Shown one piece after another: positions 39,323-51,499 of a DNA stretch of 64,000 nucleotides (position 1 is the stretch's first letter; each line of letters begins with the position of its first letter). This DNA comes from Octopus vulgaris (lineage: Eukaryota), in the NCBI GenBank assembly GCA_951406725.2, contig OX597814.1, positions 159,216,001-159,280,000 of the forward strand. The letters are read 5' to 3'. The notes below the pieces were generated by a model. The model did no database searches and was not told the origin of the DNA. It saw nothing but the letters and a program-made list of their open reading frames with translations. The translations under genes and the position numbers were made by a program.

Positions 39323-40500
39323 GTTGTTTTACATGAAATGTTGTATTTGAAAGGTAACAATAAAATGTTTCAGAAGTGTTAGGGAACTGATTTATTTACT
39401 TAAAGTATGATCCATGTTCCTTTATGGCATTTACCCAATGTTTCTCTATGTCATACATTTCATCTTTAAAAAAATATTCATCTTTTGCTGTGATACACTG
39501 TCTGAATGCTTCAATGACCTCTTCTCTTTTGAAGAATGTTTTATTGCTTATGAAAAGCTCAAAATGCTTAAATAAGTGATAATCAAAGGAATAAGGAGAA
39601 TGTTACAAAATCTCATAATTCAGGCTTTGCAAATTTTGGACTGTAGCTTGAGAAGTGTGAGGATGTGCATTGTCAAGGAGCAAAATTGGGCCATCTTTAT
39701 TCACTAGTCTGGATTGCTTCTTTTTCAAATTCTCATGCCATTTCCTAGCAATACGATGTTGCTGTTACCATTTTTCTTTGTTGCAAAAATGAATACAAAT
39801 AACTCCCTTTGCAGTCCACCATACATTGACCACTAACTTTTTCGGATGCAATGGTGGGTTAGGATAGTGTTTAGATGACTCTCCTGCATCTAATCACAGT
39901 CCTGTTCTCCTGCTGCTTTCAAAGAGTATCCGTTTCTCATCACAAGTAATGATTTGATGCAAAAATGGGTTTTTTCCAGTCGGAAAAGCAATAAGCAGCA
40001 TACTTTGAGGCATGTTTTTTTATTTAATCTCATTCAGTTGATGTGGAACAAATCTATCCATTTTCTTAACTTTTCCAATTTTTTATAGGTGTCAAAACAC
40101 AGTTGTGCAAGATGTCTGGAGTTCTGATAAGACATCAACCAACGCATTTAATCCTTCATGCTGAATAACTGATTTTGGTCTACCCCTTGGTTTATTTTTA
40201 GACTATCATCTCCTGAACGAGAGTTTTGGAATCATCTCTGCACAGTTCTGATGTCAACAAAACCATTACCAAAGGCCCGCTTGATATTCTGTAAAGCTTC
40301 TGTGGCAGAGTGACCCAGTTTGTACTCATACAAGAAAATCACACAACATAGTTTGATTGTTATCATTTTCATAAGGTCTGTGAGTACGAATTTTGTATAC
40401 CAATATTGATGGGAAAGAAAAAGAGTTAAGATTAAATCCAAGGTATACATAATTGAGTTTTTAAATGACTGAAATAGCAAATAATTAAAAATGGGACATA
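39319..40500 (-). mobile_element. Degenerate mariner transposon
   Basis: IFLYEYKLGHSATEALQNIKRAFG...RTVQR, ITCDEKRIL, NVWWTAKGVI, PILLLDNAHPH. Ends approximate. Confidence 0.85.
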
Positions 40501-40699
40501 TATATATATATATTTAGGTTGGTTGTAATAGCTGGTTAGAGAGTGACCATTGGTTTCGCCCCTATAAAGTGCTTAGCTGTATAGGTGACTCATCAGATTC
40601 AAATGGCTGGAGGCACATAACTTCTCTACAGCTGGAGCTAGGAAAACATCATGGTCAGTTAGTTTTGTAAACAAAAAATACATCTGGAATGACACTGCA

Positions 40700-41320
40700 G
40701 ATAGGGTTTCAAGCAAGATGGGGTTATCCCCCTTACATCGGCTCCAACCCCACCCTCCACTGAGCAGTCACTGTACACCCTACATAAGCATCCTGCTCAC
40801 CTGCTCAGATGATTCCCAAGAGGTAGTTAATAGTTTCTCTTGTCTAGTTGGCCTTATTAGCAGTGTGTATGGGTGCTCTGAAAGTTTAGTTACCAGAGTA
40901 AGAATGGACTGGTTAATATTCAGGGTGTTACAACCTCTGCTAGTTACAAAGGGCCTCTTCTTCAAAATGAAGAGCAGATAGTATGATACTTGTGTGCAAA
41001 ATATGATGTTATGTAGTACTGAGATACAGGCCTTGAATTCAGAGTATTTGCAAAGAAAAGAAAGAAATGAAGGAATTATGCTCCGCTGGATGGGTAATGT
41101 TTGTATAAATGAATGGCGAATGAGTTGAGACATGTGTAAAAGAATCAGATTGCATTGACACAGTTTTGTGATGCAGGTGGAAGATGGCAGTTGCATGAAA
41201 AAAGAGTTGAGCACTCAAAGTGGATGGTGCCTGTGGAAAAGGAAAACCTAGAAAGATATGAACTGAAGTGGTGAAAACCAATCTTAAGATGTTGCACTTC
41301 ACAAGGAACTGTGACAAATC
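40700..41320 (+). mobile_element. RTE-like LINE 3' fragment
   Basis: Similar to the minus-strand copy at 48700-50000 (LLVTKGL...YDTCVQNMMLCSTE). Confidence 0.6.
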
Positions 41321-41854
41321 ACAACACTACACAAACACTCTCTCTCTCTATCTCTTTCTCTTTCTTTCTCTCTCTCTCCCACTTTTCCTTTCTATCTCCC
41401 TCTATTTATCTATCTATCTATCACTTTCTCATGCAAGCATGGCAGAGAGTGCACTAAAACAGGCACTGATGGTGACATGATGCTCTTTCTGTACTCATTC
41501 TCTACTACCTCATACTCCTACTTTTCTTCCTTTCACTTCCCTTATCTTCTCCTCTTTTCTGCCACTTCAACACCTTCCAATCTCTGGTTCTCTGGCCCCC
41601 CTCCACCACCTACCTGACCCACTCACACTTTCTAGCATAAGGTAGAATAACACTGGATCCTTCTACTCAAATCATCATGTCACCTTTACCATTCTATCTC
41701 ACTCAGTCTGTGGACCTAAACACTAATGATATAAAGAAAGGCTTCATTGTAATGTAAATGAGGTGATTCTAAAATAAAATTCCACAAATGATTATTATTT
41801 GATAAAAGACTAAGAAATAAGAATTACGAAGAAAAATCTTAAAATAGATAGTAC

Positions 41855-42053
41855 CTCTCAACATTAACCATAATGTCGCCAATTTTAGTACCCTCAGTAT
41901 TGTGTGCCGTAACAGTATACTTTCCACTGTCTTTTTCTGTAGCTGCTGCTATCTCCAAGCTGTACTTATCATTTTTCTTTCTTAGAGTGAAATTATAGTT
42001 AGTTCTGATAGCATTTCCATCTTTAAACCATTTTACATCAGGCTCGGGATAAC
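41855..42053 (-). CDS. Exon: C-terminal part of I-set Ig domain
   Basis: 199 nt, tttaaag|GT TAT CCC... to GAGAG|gtac, phase 1-2. GYPEPDVKWFKDG...YSLEI...DSGKYTVTAHNTEG; completes the Ig begun in exon 42468-42965. Confidence 0.9.
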
Positions 42054-42467
42054 CTTTAAAAATGAAACAATTATTTATAATTAACAATTTATTCAACATT
42101 CTCATACATATCAGTTTTTTTATAGGATATGCAATGCATTATTATCGTTAACAAAATAATCCCTCATTCAATTAAGTTTTCTACTTTAATCATAAAGATA
42201 AAACACAGATACATAAAATAGAGATACCAAAACTTGACATTATATATATAATTTTTTATATATACCAAAATTAATTTGTTAAAATAACATGATTTCAGTT
42301 CTAAAAATGAACTTTCAAATATATATTGTTACTCAACAAGTTATTTGCTAGCAATATATAACTTGGGGAAATTATTTAATGGTTAATTTTGATTAATAAC
42401 TTCATAATTTAACATCAATAAAATAATAAGACCCATATTTTAGATTTAAATCTAAAAATAAATTTAC

Positions 42468-42965
42468 CTGTTATACAACATTCTAATGTCACTGTCTTTT
42501 CTTCTTTAGTATAGACATCTTCACTGATGCTAGTAATAGCAGGAGGACACCTTCCATCATCTTCTTCGGTAGCATTTCCATTTTCAAATATCTCTTCTTC
42601 TTCTTCAGGTTTATCAGGAGACATTTTTCTTTCATATTCAGTTGCTTTTTTCAAAGAGTCTTGTTTGGTCGTATCAACTCGTGATTTCTTTGACATCATT
42701 TCACTTACTGATTCCATGTGTTCAGAGTCAACAATATCATCAAGTGATATTCTTCTTTTGTCCGATTTCATAATTTCTTCATAAGAATAAACATCAACAG
42801 ATTGGGATTTCATCATTTTGCTTGATTTTGAAGTTTGTACTTCTTGTCTTGACATACTAGATAATATACTTTTATATTTATCATCTTCATAACTTTCCCT
42901 TGTTTCAGCTTGCATTGCATCCATAATATGAGTTGTGGAACGATCGTCCCCATTAAGCATATCAT
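42468..42965 (-). CDS. Exon (most 5' one seen) of titin/obscurin-like multi-Ig protein: acidic/Ser-rich linker plus start of an Ig domain
   Basis: 498 nt, ttgcag| acceptor and ACAG|gtaaat donor, phase 1-1. Encodes DDMLNGD...VYSYEEIMKS...CPPAITSISEDVYTKEEKTVTLECCIT(G); lies inside ORF 42415..43044. Confidence 0.85.
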
Positions 42966-43079
42966 CTGCAATAACAAATAAATTAAAATATACATACATA
43001 TCAATTTTCCATAATTTTATATATAAAATAATAACATATTTCATAAATTCTTAGACATAACATACAGTGAAACTCTTAA

Positions 43080-43516
43080 TTACGTGTGAATGTATGTATG
43101 CATGAATGTAATATATTTAAGTATACATGTGTGCATGTCTGTTTGACTGCCTGTCTGTATGTGTGTACGTGTGTTTACATATCTTTCTATGTATGTGTGC
43201 TTGCATGCATGTGTACATACATACATACATACATACATACATACATACATACATACATACATACATACATACATTCATTCATTCATTCATTCATTCATTC
43301 ATACATACATACATACATACATACATACATACATACATACATACATACATACATTCATTCATACATACATACATACATACATACATACATACATACATAC
43401 ATACATACATACATACAATCATAAGTGCATGCGGATGGATGGATGGATGGATGGATGGATGGATGGATGGATGGATGGATAGATGGATGGATGGATGGAT
43501 GGATGGATGGATGGAT
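43080..43516. repeat. (TACA)n/(CATT)n/(GGAT)n compound microsatellite
   Basis: Direct reading. Confidence 0.95.
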
Positions 43517-44364
43517 TTGGGTTTATTCAAAAATGTAAAATTACAGATGCTATATTTCTGGAGACAAATGTAAGAGATGCACTGGGTAAAAATACAATCC
43601 TATTTTGCATTTGCTAACCTATCTCATGCTCATGTTGACCTAGGGTCTCAGAAACAGCTTTTTAATCAGTAATGAATGAAAGACATGAGAAATATGTACA
43701 TGATATGTAAGGTGTTAAAAGAGTGGGTGAGTGCTTGAAATTTTGATCTAACTTTCCTAACAAAATTCAGAATGGGAACTTGATACATATAGAAGAACCC
43801 AAGAATTACAAAAGAAGTTTGAAACATAGAGGAATGAGTTTCAAAGCAAACAGGGCTCTGATTCTCTGTGAAATAAAAGGGGAGTTTTTTTGTTTCTTTT
43901 TAATTTCAAGGAGCTGTAGTTTGTAATACATTTCATTGATGACATTATTGTGATAAAATTATATATGTCACCAGTGACATGCACATAAGGTTTAGAAAAA
44001 CCATTGTAATTTACTGATCAAATTATATGAAATTAAAGGCAACAGATTATAAGATCAAAAGTGAAACTTATTTCTGATTCAATTATATCATAGATCAAGC
44101 AACAATAATTTCAAAATATGAAAATTCTATAAATAATTTTGTTCTTAAGACAATATGGAATACAGAAGATTCTTTATAGGCAGGAGAGACTCTCTAGTTT
44201 TATTGGGAACACAATAATTTCTTTTGTACTGGTGCTATGACAAAATGCATCTAGCATGCTCTATAAAGTGGATGGGAACAAGAAAACTATCCGATTGTAG
44301 AAACCATACCAAAGAGTTACAATGTATAAGCAACATACAGTCACTCATCTATCTAAGAGGGCAG

Positions 44365-45000
44365 TATCATCATCATCATCATCATCATCATTTAGCGTTC
44401 GTTTTCCATGCTAGCATGGGTTGGACGGTTTAACTGGAGTCTGTGAAGCCAGAAGGCTTCATCAGGCCCAGTCAGATTTGGCAGTGTTTCTACAGCTGGA
44501 TGCCCTTCCTAACGCCAACCACTCCGTGAGTGTAGTGGGTGCCTTTTACGTGCCACCTGCACAGGTGCCAGACAGAGCTGGCAAACAGCCATGAACGGAT
44601 GGTGTTTTTACATGCCACCAACACGGGGGCCAGGCGAGGCTGGCAACAGACACAAACGGATGGTGCTTTTACGTGCTACCGGCACGGGGGCCAGGCGAGG
44701 CTGGCAACGGACACGAGCGGATGGTGCTTTTACGTGCCAACAGCACGGGGGCCAGGCGAGGCTGGCAACGGACATGAACGGATGGTGCTTTTACGTGCTA
44801 CCAGCACGGGGGCCAGGCGAGGCTGGCTACGGACACGAGCGGATGGTGCTTTTACATGCCAACAGCACAGGGGCCAGGCAAGGCTGGCAACGGACAAACG
44901 ATCGGATGGTTCGCTTAACCACAGCTGCAATTTCCACTGATGTTGATTTGGTTTGATTTTGACTCTTCTCACTGGTCTTGTCGGGTCTTCTCACGCACAG
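44365..45000 (-). mobile_element. RTE-tail-type retroposon containing a 61-bp minisatellite (about 6 units, 44538-44910)
   Basis: (CAT)n-CGTTTTCCATGCTAGCATGGGTTGGACGG...CTACAGCTGGATGCCCTTCCTAACGCCAACCAC is shared with 46130-46710, 48200-48560 and 36900-37050. TGGTG recurs at 44600, 44661, 44722, 44783 and 44844. Confidence 0.7.
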
Positions 45001-45002
45001 CA

Positions 45003-45050
<48 letters not shown>

Positions 45051-45053
<3 letters not shown>

Positions 45054-45456
45054 CTGCACAAATAAATAAATAGAATTTTAACCAGTCAGAGGCATTAATA
45101 TAATTTTTCTCAAATACTTTAACAGAGCAAGAAGATGGAAGAAATTCATGTTGTTGCTATTGTAGCTAAGAATAGATTACACTTCCAAGAGTCACATGAA
45201 GCCCATTGGCGTCATAGCATTGTAAAGGATTATAATTCATTTCTAATTCATTTATTTCTAATTAGAAAGGAATTACAATCCTTTACAATGCTACGATCCC
45301 AATGGGCTTCATGTGATTCTTGGAAGTGTAGTCTATTCTTTGCTACAATAGCAACAACATGAATTTCTTCCATCTTCTTGTTCTGTTAAAGCATTTGAGA
45401 AAAATTATACTATGTGTCCTACTGGTAAAAATTCTATTTATTTATTTGTGCAGCTG
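45051..45456. repeat. ~200-bp-arm inverted repeat (45051-45248 / 45260-45456)
   Basis: Arms read as reverse complements throughout, with scattered mismatches and an 11-nt spacer. Confidence 0.92.
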
Positions 45457-45534
45457 AAGATAGCACTGCATTTAAATTGATATAATGATTGCATTATTGA
45501 ATTAAATGAAGCTGCTTGAAATGGTTGTACTGCG
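45449..45534 (+). ncRNA. Degenerate hammerhead motif abutting the inverted repeat
   Basis: TGCAG-CTGAAGA-TAGCA...TGCTT-GAAAT-GGTT-GTA-CTGCG. Confidence 0.5.
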
Positions 45535-45643
45535 TCACTAGTTGATATCCTGTTGCTTATTTGGATTTTATCCACCTTACATCGAGGTGTGTGGATAATA
45601 CTAGATTGACTTAAGTACCTAACTCAACTGAATCTCAACTATG

Positions 45644-45682
<39 letters not shown>

Positions 45683-45683
45683 A

Positions 45684-45721
45684 TCTTTCTGTTGAAGAGC
45701 GTAGGCTCGAAACGTTAAAGA
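45684..45721 (+). ncRNA. Minimal hammerhead motif with A6>U core change
   Basis: TCTTT-CTGTTGA-A-GAGC(GTAG)GCTC-GAAAC-GTT-AAAGA; perfect stems I and II. Confidence 0.6.
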
Positions 45722-45818
45722 CTTGTTTTATTTATATTTCCTGAGCGCCATACTAATACAATTGTTTGTTTGTTTTCCACCTGCCTTCGTCTTTTGTCTA
45801 TTTTCATAAAGCTTCCCG

Positions 45819-46102
<284 letters not shown>

Positions 46103-46129
46103 TATAACTATATAGATGTATACATATAT

Positions 46130-46710
46130 ACATATATCATCATCATTATCATCATCATCGTTTAACGCTAGCATGGGTTGGACGTTTTGACTGAAGACTG
46201 GCGAACCAGATGCTGTACAAGGCTCCAATCTGATCTGGTAAAGTTTCTACAGCTGGATGCCCTTCCTAACGCCAACCACTCCAAGAGTGTAGTGGGTGCT
46301 TTTACATGCTACCGGCATGAGGGCCAGTCAAGCAGTACTGGCAATGGCACACTCAAATGGTGTTTTTTACGTGTCACCTGCACAGGAGCAAGTCTAGTGG
46401 CACTGGCAACAACCTCACTCAAATGTTTTTTCGCGTGCCACCAGCACAAGTGTCAGTAAGGCAACGCTGGTAATGATCATGCTCAAATGGTGCTTTTTAC
46501 GTGCCACTGGCATGGAAGCCAGTTTGCTGCTCTGGCAACGATCATGCTTGGATGGGGCTCTTAGCGCTCCAGTAGCAAAGATGCCAGTTATCAAATTTGA
46601 TTTCGATTTCGATTTCACTTGCCTCAATAGGTCTTTGCAAGCAGGTCTTTAGTGTCCAATGAAGGAAAGGTACACATAAGTGGGCTGGTTACACCCCTGG
46701 CATAGGCATA
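46130..46710 (-). mobile_element. Second copy of the RTE-tail retroposon with a diverged minisatellite
   Basis: Same tail motif and GGTGCTTTTACGTGCC units as 44365-45000. Confidence 0.65.
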
Positions 46711-46754
46711 TATATACCTATATATATAAATATAAATATGTATGTATATATATA

Positions 46755-46791
<37 letters not shown>

Positions 46792-46990
46792 TGTAGTATA
46801 TATATATATATATATATACACACACATATATATGTACCTATATGTATACATGTATATACATATATATACATATATATATATATATGTATATGTACATATA
46901 TATATATATATATATATACATATAGATATATATATGTATATATATGTACATATACATGTGTGTGTGTGTGTGTGTGTCAGTGTGTGTATA

Positions 46991-47900
46991 TGTGTTCCAG
47001 AAGTCTTGGGCACATTTCAAGTCTTCATATCTACTGGACTATTACTGGTCGTAACATGAATCTGGTACCATTTTAAAGTTAAATTCATTAAGTTTTTTTG
47101 TTTTCTTTTGTAATGCTAATGATTTTTTTCATATTTTTTCAGATCCATTAATGGCGTTCACTCAACCAGGAAAAGCGTTTTGCCTCCTTGAATTCGCAAA
47201 AACTGAATTAAGGTCACTTGTTCAACATGCATTTCACACAAAATTCCAAAAAGCGGCACCAGAAAGGAAGTCCATATTGAGATGCCATGGTAAATTCATG
47301 AAGGTGTTTGTGCCCAGCTAAGAGAAAAGGATGCCCATCAACTTCAGATGATATGGCTGAGTGAGTTCGAACTGCCTTCGAGCCAAGCCCCCATAAATCG
47401 ATCAGAAGAGCCAGTAGGGAACTTCAGCTTCCTACAACAACTGTTTGGCGTATCTTAAAAAGACGACTGCAGATGACATCTTACAAGCTACAGTTAGTCC
47501 AACAGTTGTAGGGTACTGATAAACCAGCTCATCGTGCCTTTTGCATTGCAATGCAAGAGAAGTTGGAAAATGATGGATTTGATGACCGGCTTGTTTTTAG
47601 TGATGAAAGGACTGGTCTATGTGCCTCCTGTTCCAAAAGACGCAGATGAACTGAAGGCCCGAATAATGAAAACTGTTGCAACTATCGACAATGCAATGCT
47701 GGAATGCATTTGGCAAGAATTGGACTATCAGCTTGATGTGTTCCATGTGACTAATGGTGCTCACATTGAACATCTCTGAACATTCTGTAAAAAAACTTGA
47801 AATTGAAGGCTTTCAGAATATATCAGATGCATTTTTATGTCCTTAATAGTTTTCAAGATATTCAATGTCAAAATGTGCCCAAGACTTCTGGAACACCCTG
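46991..47900 (+). mobile_element. Internally deleted Tc1/mariner-superfamily element
   Basis: TIRs GTGTTCCAGAAGTCTTGGGCACATTT / AAATGTGCCCAAGACTTCTGGAACACCCTG|TA. The N-terminal part SPHKSIRRASRELQLPTTTVWRIL...LVFSDE joins directly to the C-terminal KGLVY...NGAHIEHL, so the catalytic middle is deleted. Confidence 0.85.
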
Positions 47901-47964
<64 letters not shown>

Positions 47965-47978
47965 TATATACATATATA

Positions 47979-48028
<50 letters not shown>

Positions 48029-48106
48029 TAATTACAAGGTAGCTAAATGTTGCTTAAGTGTCCTATATCTGTAAAAATGTCTATTTGACGAGTGTTCTTG
48101 TTTATC

Positions 48107-48194
48107 TCTTCCCTGATGAGATTGATGTATAGCTGACCGTAATTCTTCCTGTCAGATGTATTTTGAATGCATCCATCGAAACATATTTAGAAGA
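48107..48194 (+). ncRNA. Degenerate hammerhead motif
   Basis: TCTTCC-CTGATGA-GATTGATGTAT...ATGCATCCATC-GAAAC-ATAT-TTA-GAAGA; stems I and III imperfect. Confidence 0.45.
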
Positions 48195-48199
48195 TCATT

Positions 48200-50000
48200 A
48201 TCTTTATCATCATCATCATCATCATCGTCATCATCATCGTCGTCAAACTCTGTTTTCCATGCTGGCATGGGTTGGACGGTTTGACTGAGGTCTGGAAAGC
48301 CAGCGGCTGCACCAGACTCCAATCTGATCCAGCAGTGTTTCTACAGCTGGATGCCCTTCCTAACGCTAACCACTCCAAGAGTGTAGTAGCTGCTTTTTAC
48401 ATGCCAACAGCATGGGAGCTAGTCAGGGGGCCCTGGCATTGATCATGTTCAGACAGTCCTTTTAAGTGCCACCAGCACTGACAGCGACCACATTCAGATG
48501 TTGCATTTTATATGCCAGCAGCATGGAAGCCAGGCAGGTGGCAATGCCACAGCTACAATATTGATTTAACTTGACTCAACAGGTTTTCTCAAACATATCA
48601 TATCATCTAACGCATCAAGGGTACTTTTAAACAGGCCGGACATGCAACACTGGCATCGGCCATAGCTGCGATCTCACTTTAGTTGCCAGGTCTTCTCAAT
48701 CACAGCATATCTCCAAAGGTCTTGGTCTCCTGTCATTGCTTCCATGAAGTCCAACATTCACGGGTCCTGCTTCACCTCCTCATCTCATGTCTTCCTGGGT
48801 CTACCTCTTCCATAGATTCCTTCCACAATTAGGATGTGGCACTTACTCACACAGCTATCCTCATCCATACCTGTGCAGTCATCTCTCTTGCACACTACAT
48901 TTTATGCTTCTTATGTTCAACTTTTTTCTCAGTGTGCTCACACTCTGTTGTGTATGCTCACTAACATTACACATCCAGCAGATCATACTAGTTCCATTTC
49001 TTTCAAGCCTTCGCATGTCCTCAGCAGTCATGGCCCATGTTTCACTGCCATGTAGCATGACAATTAACATACATGCATCATACAGTCTACCTTTCGTCCT
49101 GATCGAGAAGCCCTTAGTTGCCATTAGAGGTAAGAGCTCCCTGAACTTTGCCCAGGCTATTCATATACTAGCCACTACACTCTCAGAGCATCCACCCCAA
49201 CAACAGACTTGGTACCAGAAGCTATTAACTACTTCATTTTTCCCCCTGACATGTGATGGAATCTGCTTTCTGAACATCTTCAGTGTTTATTGCCCATGTG
49301 CATCTTCCACACACAAAAACTATCTTCCCCAGTTAACCTTCCTTTGATATTGCTGCACCATATATGTGCCCATAGCTTATATCGGGTACATCTTATGGAG
49401 TTTCTACCCATGCTATTCTACAAATCGAGCAGGGCCATCTACCTAAAGGGGTTTCTAATTTGTCAGCCTTCCTACTTAATAAGGCTTTGGTTTTTGCTAG
49501 GTTAACCCTAAGGCTCTTCGATTCTAGACCTTGCTTCCACACCCTAACTTCATCTCTAGTTCTGGTAGTGACTCGGCTATTAGAGCAAAGTTATCAGCAT
49601 AGAGGAGCTCCCAGGGGCAGCCCGTCTTGAATTACTCTGTTATTGCCTGGAGGACTACGATGAATGAGAGGGCGCTGAGCACCAATCCTTGGTGAACTAC
49701 TTGTACCCTGAATTCTTCGCTGTACTAGTCGCCAACCTTCACCTTACTGGTAGTATCCCTGTACAAGGCTTGTACAGCTCTCAACAACCACTTGTCTAGC
49801 CCTAGTTTCTGCATTGACCACAAGATTAGGGATTGGGAGACTCTGTCACAGGCTTTCTCCAAGTCAACAAAAGCCAAGCACAGAGGTTTGTCATCAGTTA
49901 GGTATTTCTCCTGCAGCTGCCTTACCAGAAATATAAGCACCAGTGGTGCTTCTCCCTGGCACAAAAACAAAATGCACCTCATCTAGACTCTCTCCTTAAT
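48200..50000 (-). mobile_element. RTE-clade LINE, RT and 3' end
   Basis: QLQEKYL...LAFVDLEKACDRV; LLYAD; KGRLYDAC...MLHGSETWAM; tail ends in (CAT)n at about 48200. Confidence 0.85.
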
Positions 50001-50028
50001 TAGTTGGGAGGGAGGGAGAAAGAAAGAA

Positions 50029-50029
<1 letters not shown>

Positions 50030-50106
<77 letters not shown>
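50030..50106. repeat. (GAAA)n microsatellite
   Basis: Direct reading. Confidence 0.95.
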
Positions 50107-50108
<2 letters not shown>

Positions 50109-50618
50109 GGGGAAAGAGAGGTATGGATGAATGGATGGATGGATAGACAAACAGAAAGACAGATGGATAACAAGAATGGTCAGCTCAGAACAGCACTACA
50201 CACCTTTCAAGTGTGGTTAGCTATTAACAATGCAAAGTACATAGCTTAACATTATGTAATCATGCATTGTTGTATAACAACCCATTCCATCAGTTGAATT
50301 GTATAGTGTTATATAAAGAGCTTTGCATTGTTAATAAACATCCTCATTATCTAAACACATGCAGTGATGTTTTGAGCTATCCATTCTTATTTGTTTACTA
50401 AATGATATGTTGCAACACATACATATATAGATTTACAAGATGCTTGATATCAGTAGACAGTTGTTTAAATTTATATGAACTCCTATTGTGACTATTTAAA
50501 GGATTTGGAATATTTGTATATTCTTTCAAAGTAACCTGTTAGCCTAGAATAAATGGAAGTAATTCTAAGTTAATTTGCCAAGATCAGATTGATCCCCATT
50601 GCATTATATGTATGTATG

Positions 50619-50670
<52 letters not shown>

Positions 50671-50995
50671 CATTTGTACGAAATGGAAGGTATACACAAA
50701 ATTAATTTATTTATCGAATACTTCATTCTTTAAATTCTCTCATTATTGGATATTTTCCTTCTTTTCCTGCTATACGAAGCATACCATACCAAATGATTAG
50801 CAAGCTGAATTTTAATAGACTTGCTCATTTTCCTTAACCTTCATTTTTTCACCTAATACCAACATATTACATTGGTCTTTTAATCATTCGGTTTGTTAAT
50901 GTTTGTATTAAAAGAAAAGAAAACTAGTAGATGACAAGTGAATTTAAAGATCAGAAGCATTCAATGAATAAACTATTTAAATTTGTATATCTTTG

Positions 50996-51129
50996 AGTGA
51001 AAGTAAAGAATACGCACACCCAGTGTTTAGGATTAGGCTTAGGGTTAGGTTTAGGGTTAGGGTTTAGGGTTAGGATTAGAGTTAGGGTTATGCCAAAAAC
51101 GGGTGATGTGCATATTCTTTACCTCTGCC
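50996..51129. mobile_element. MITE with internal degenerate (TTAGGG)n and 8-9 bp TSD
   Basis: TATCTTTGA at 50988-50996 and 51130-51138; TIRs GTAAAGAATACGCACA / TGTGCATATTCTTTAC. Confidence 0.7.
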
Positions 51130-51499
51130 TATCTTTGACAGGCCAGAAAAAATGTCATGCCAGAAAGAATGCTTAGCAGCATTTATTCTGGCTCTTTACA
51201 TTCAGGATTAAATTCTGCCAAAATTGACTTTGCCTTTCATTCTAAGGGGATGGGGTGAACTGGAAAGAAAAAGCATTGAGGTCAATGGCTGAGGAGCCCT
51301 ACCAGAAGAGGAAGAGGGAGTGATGAAGTGAGAGAAGTAGCGCCAGAGTGATCCTCTTTTGTGTTGGGCAGTCACAGGGAATGGACATTAGGGAGACAAG
51401 TGAGCTGGAAAGGGCTTTAGCCATAGGTTCTAGTGTAGGTCAGGTGGGTAGAACACACCACGAATTTAACCCAGCTAAACAACCAGCACTGAGAGGTAG

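Noticed and set aside
44539-44956. Repetitive ORFs / CRISPR-like appearance
   Set aside because: A contiguous 61-bp minisatellite without unique spacers; eukaryotic context with no cas genes.
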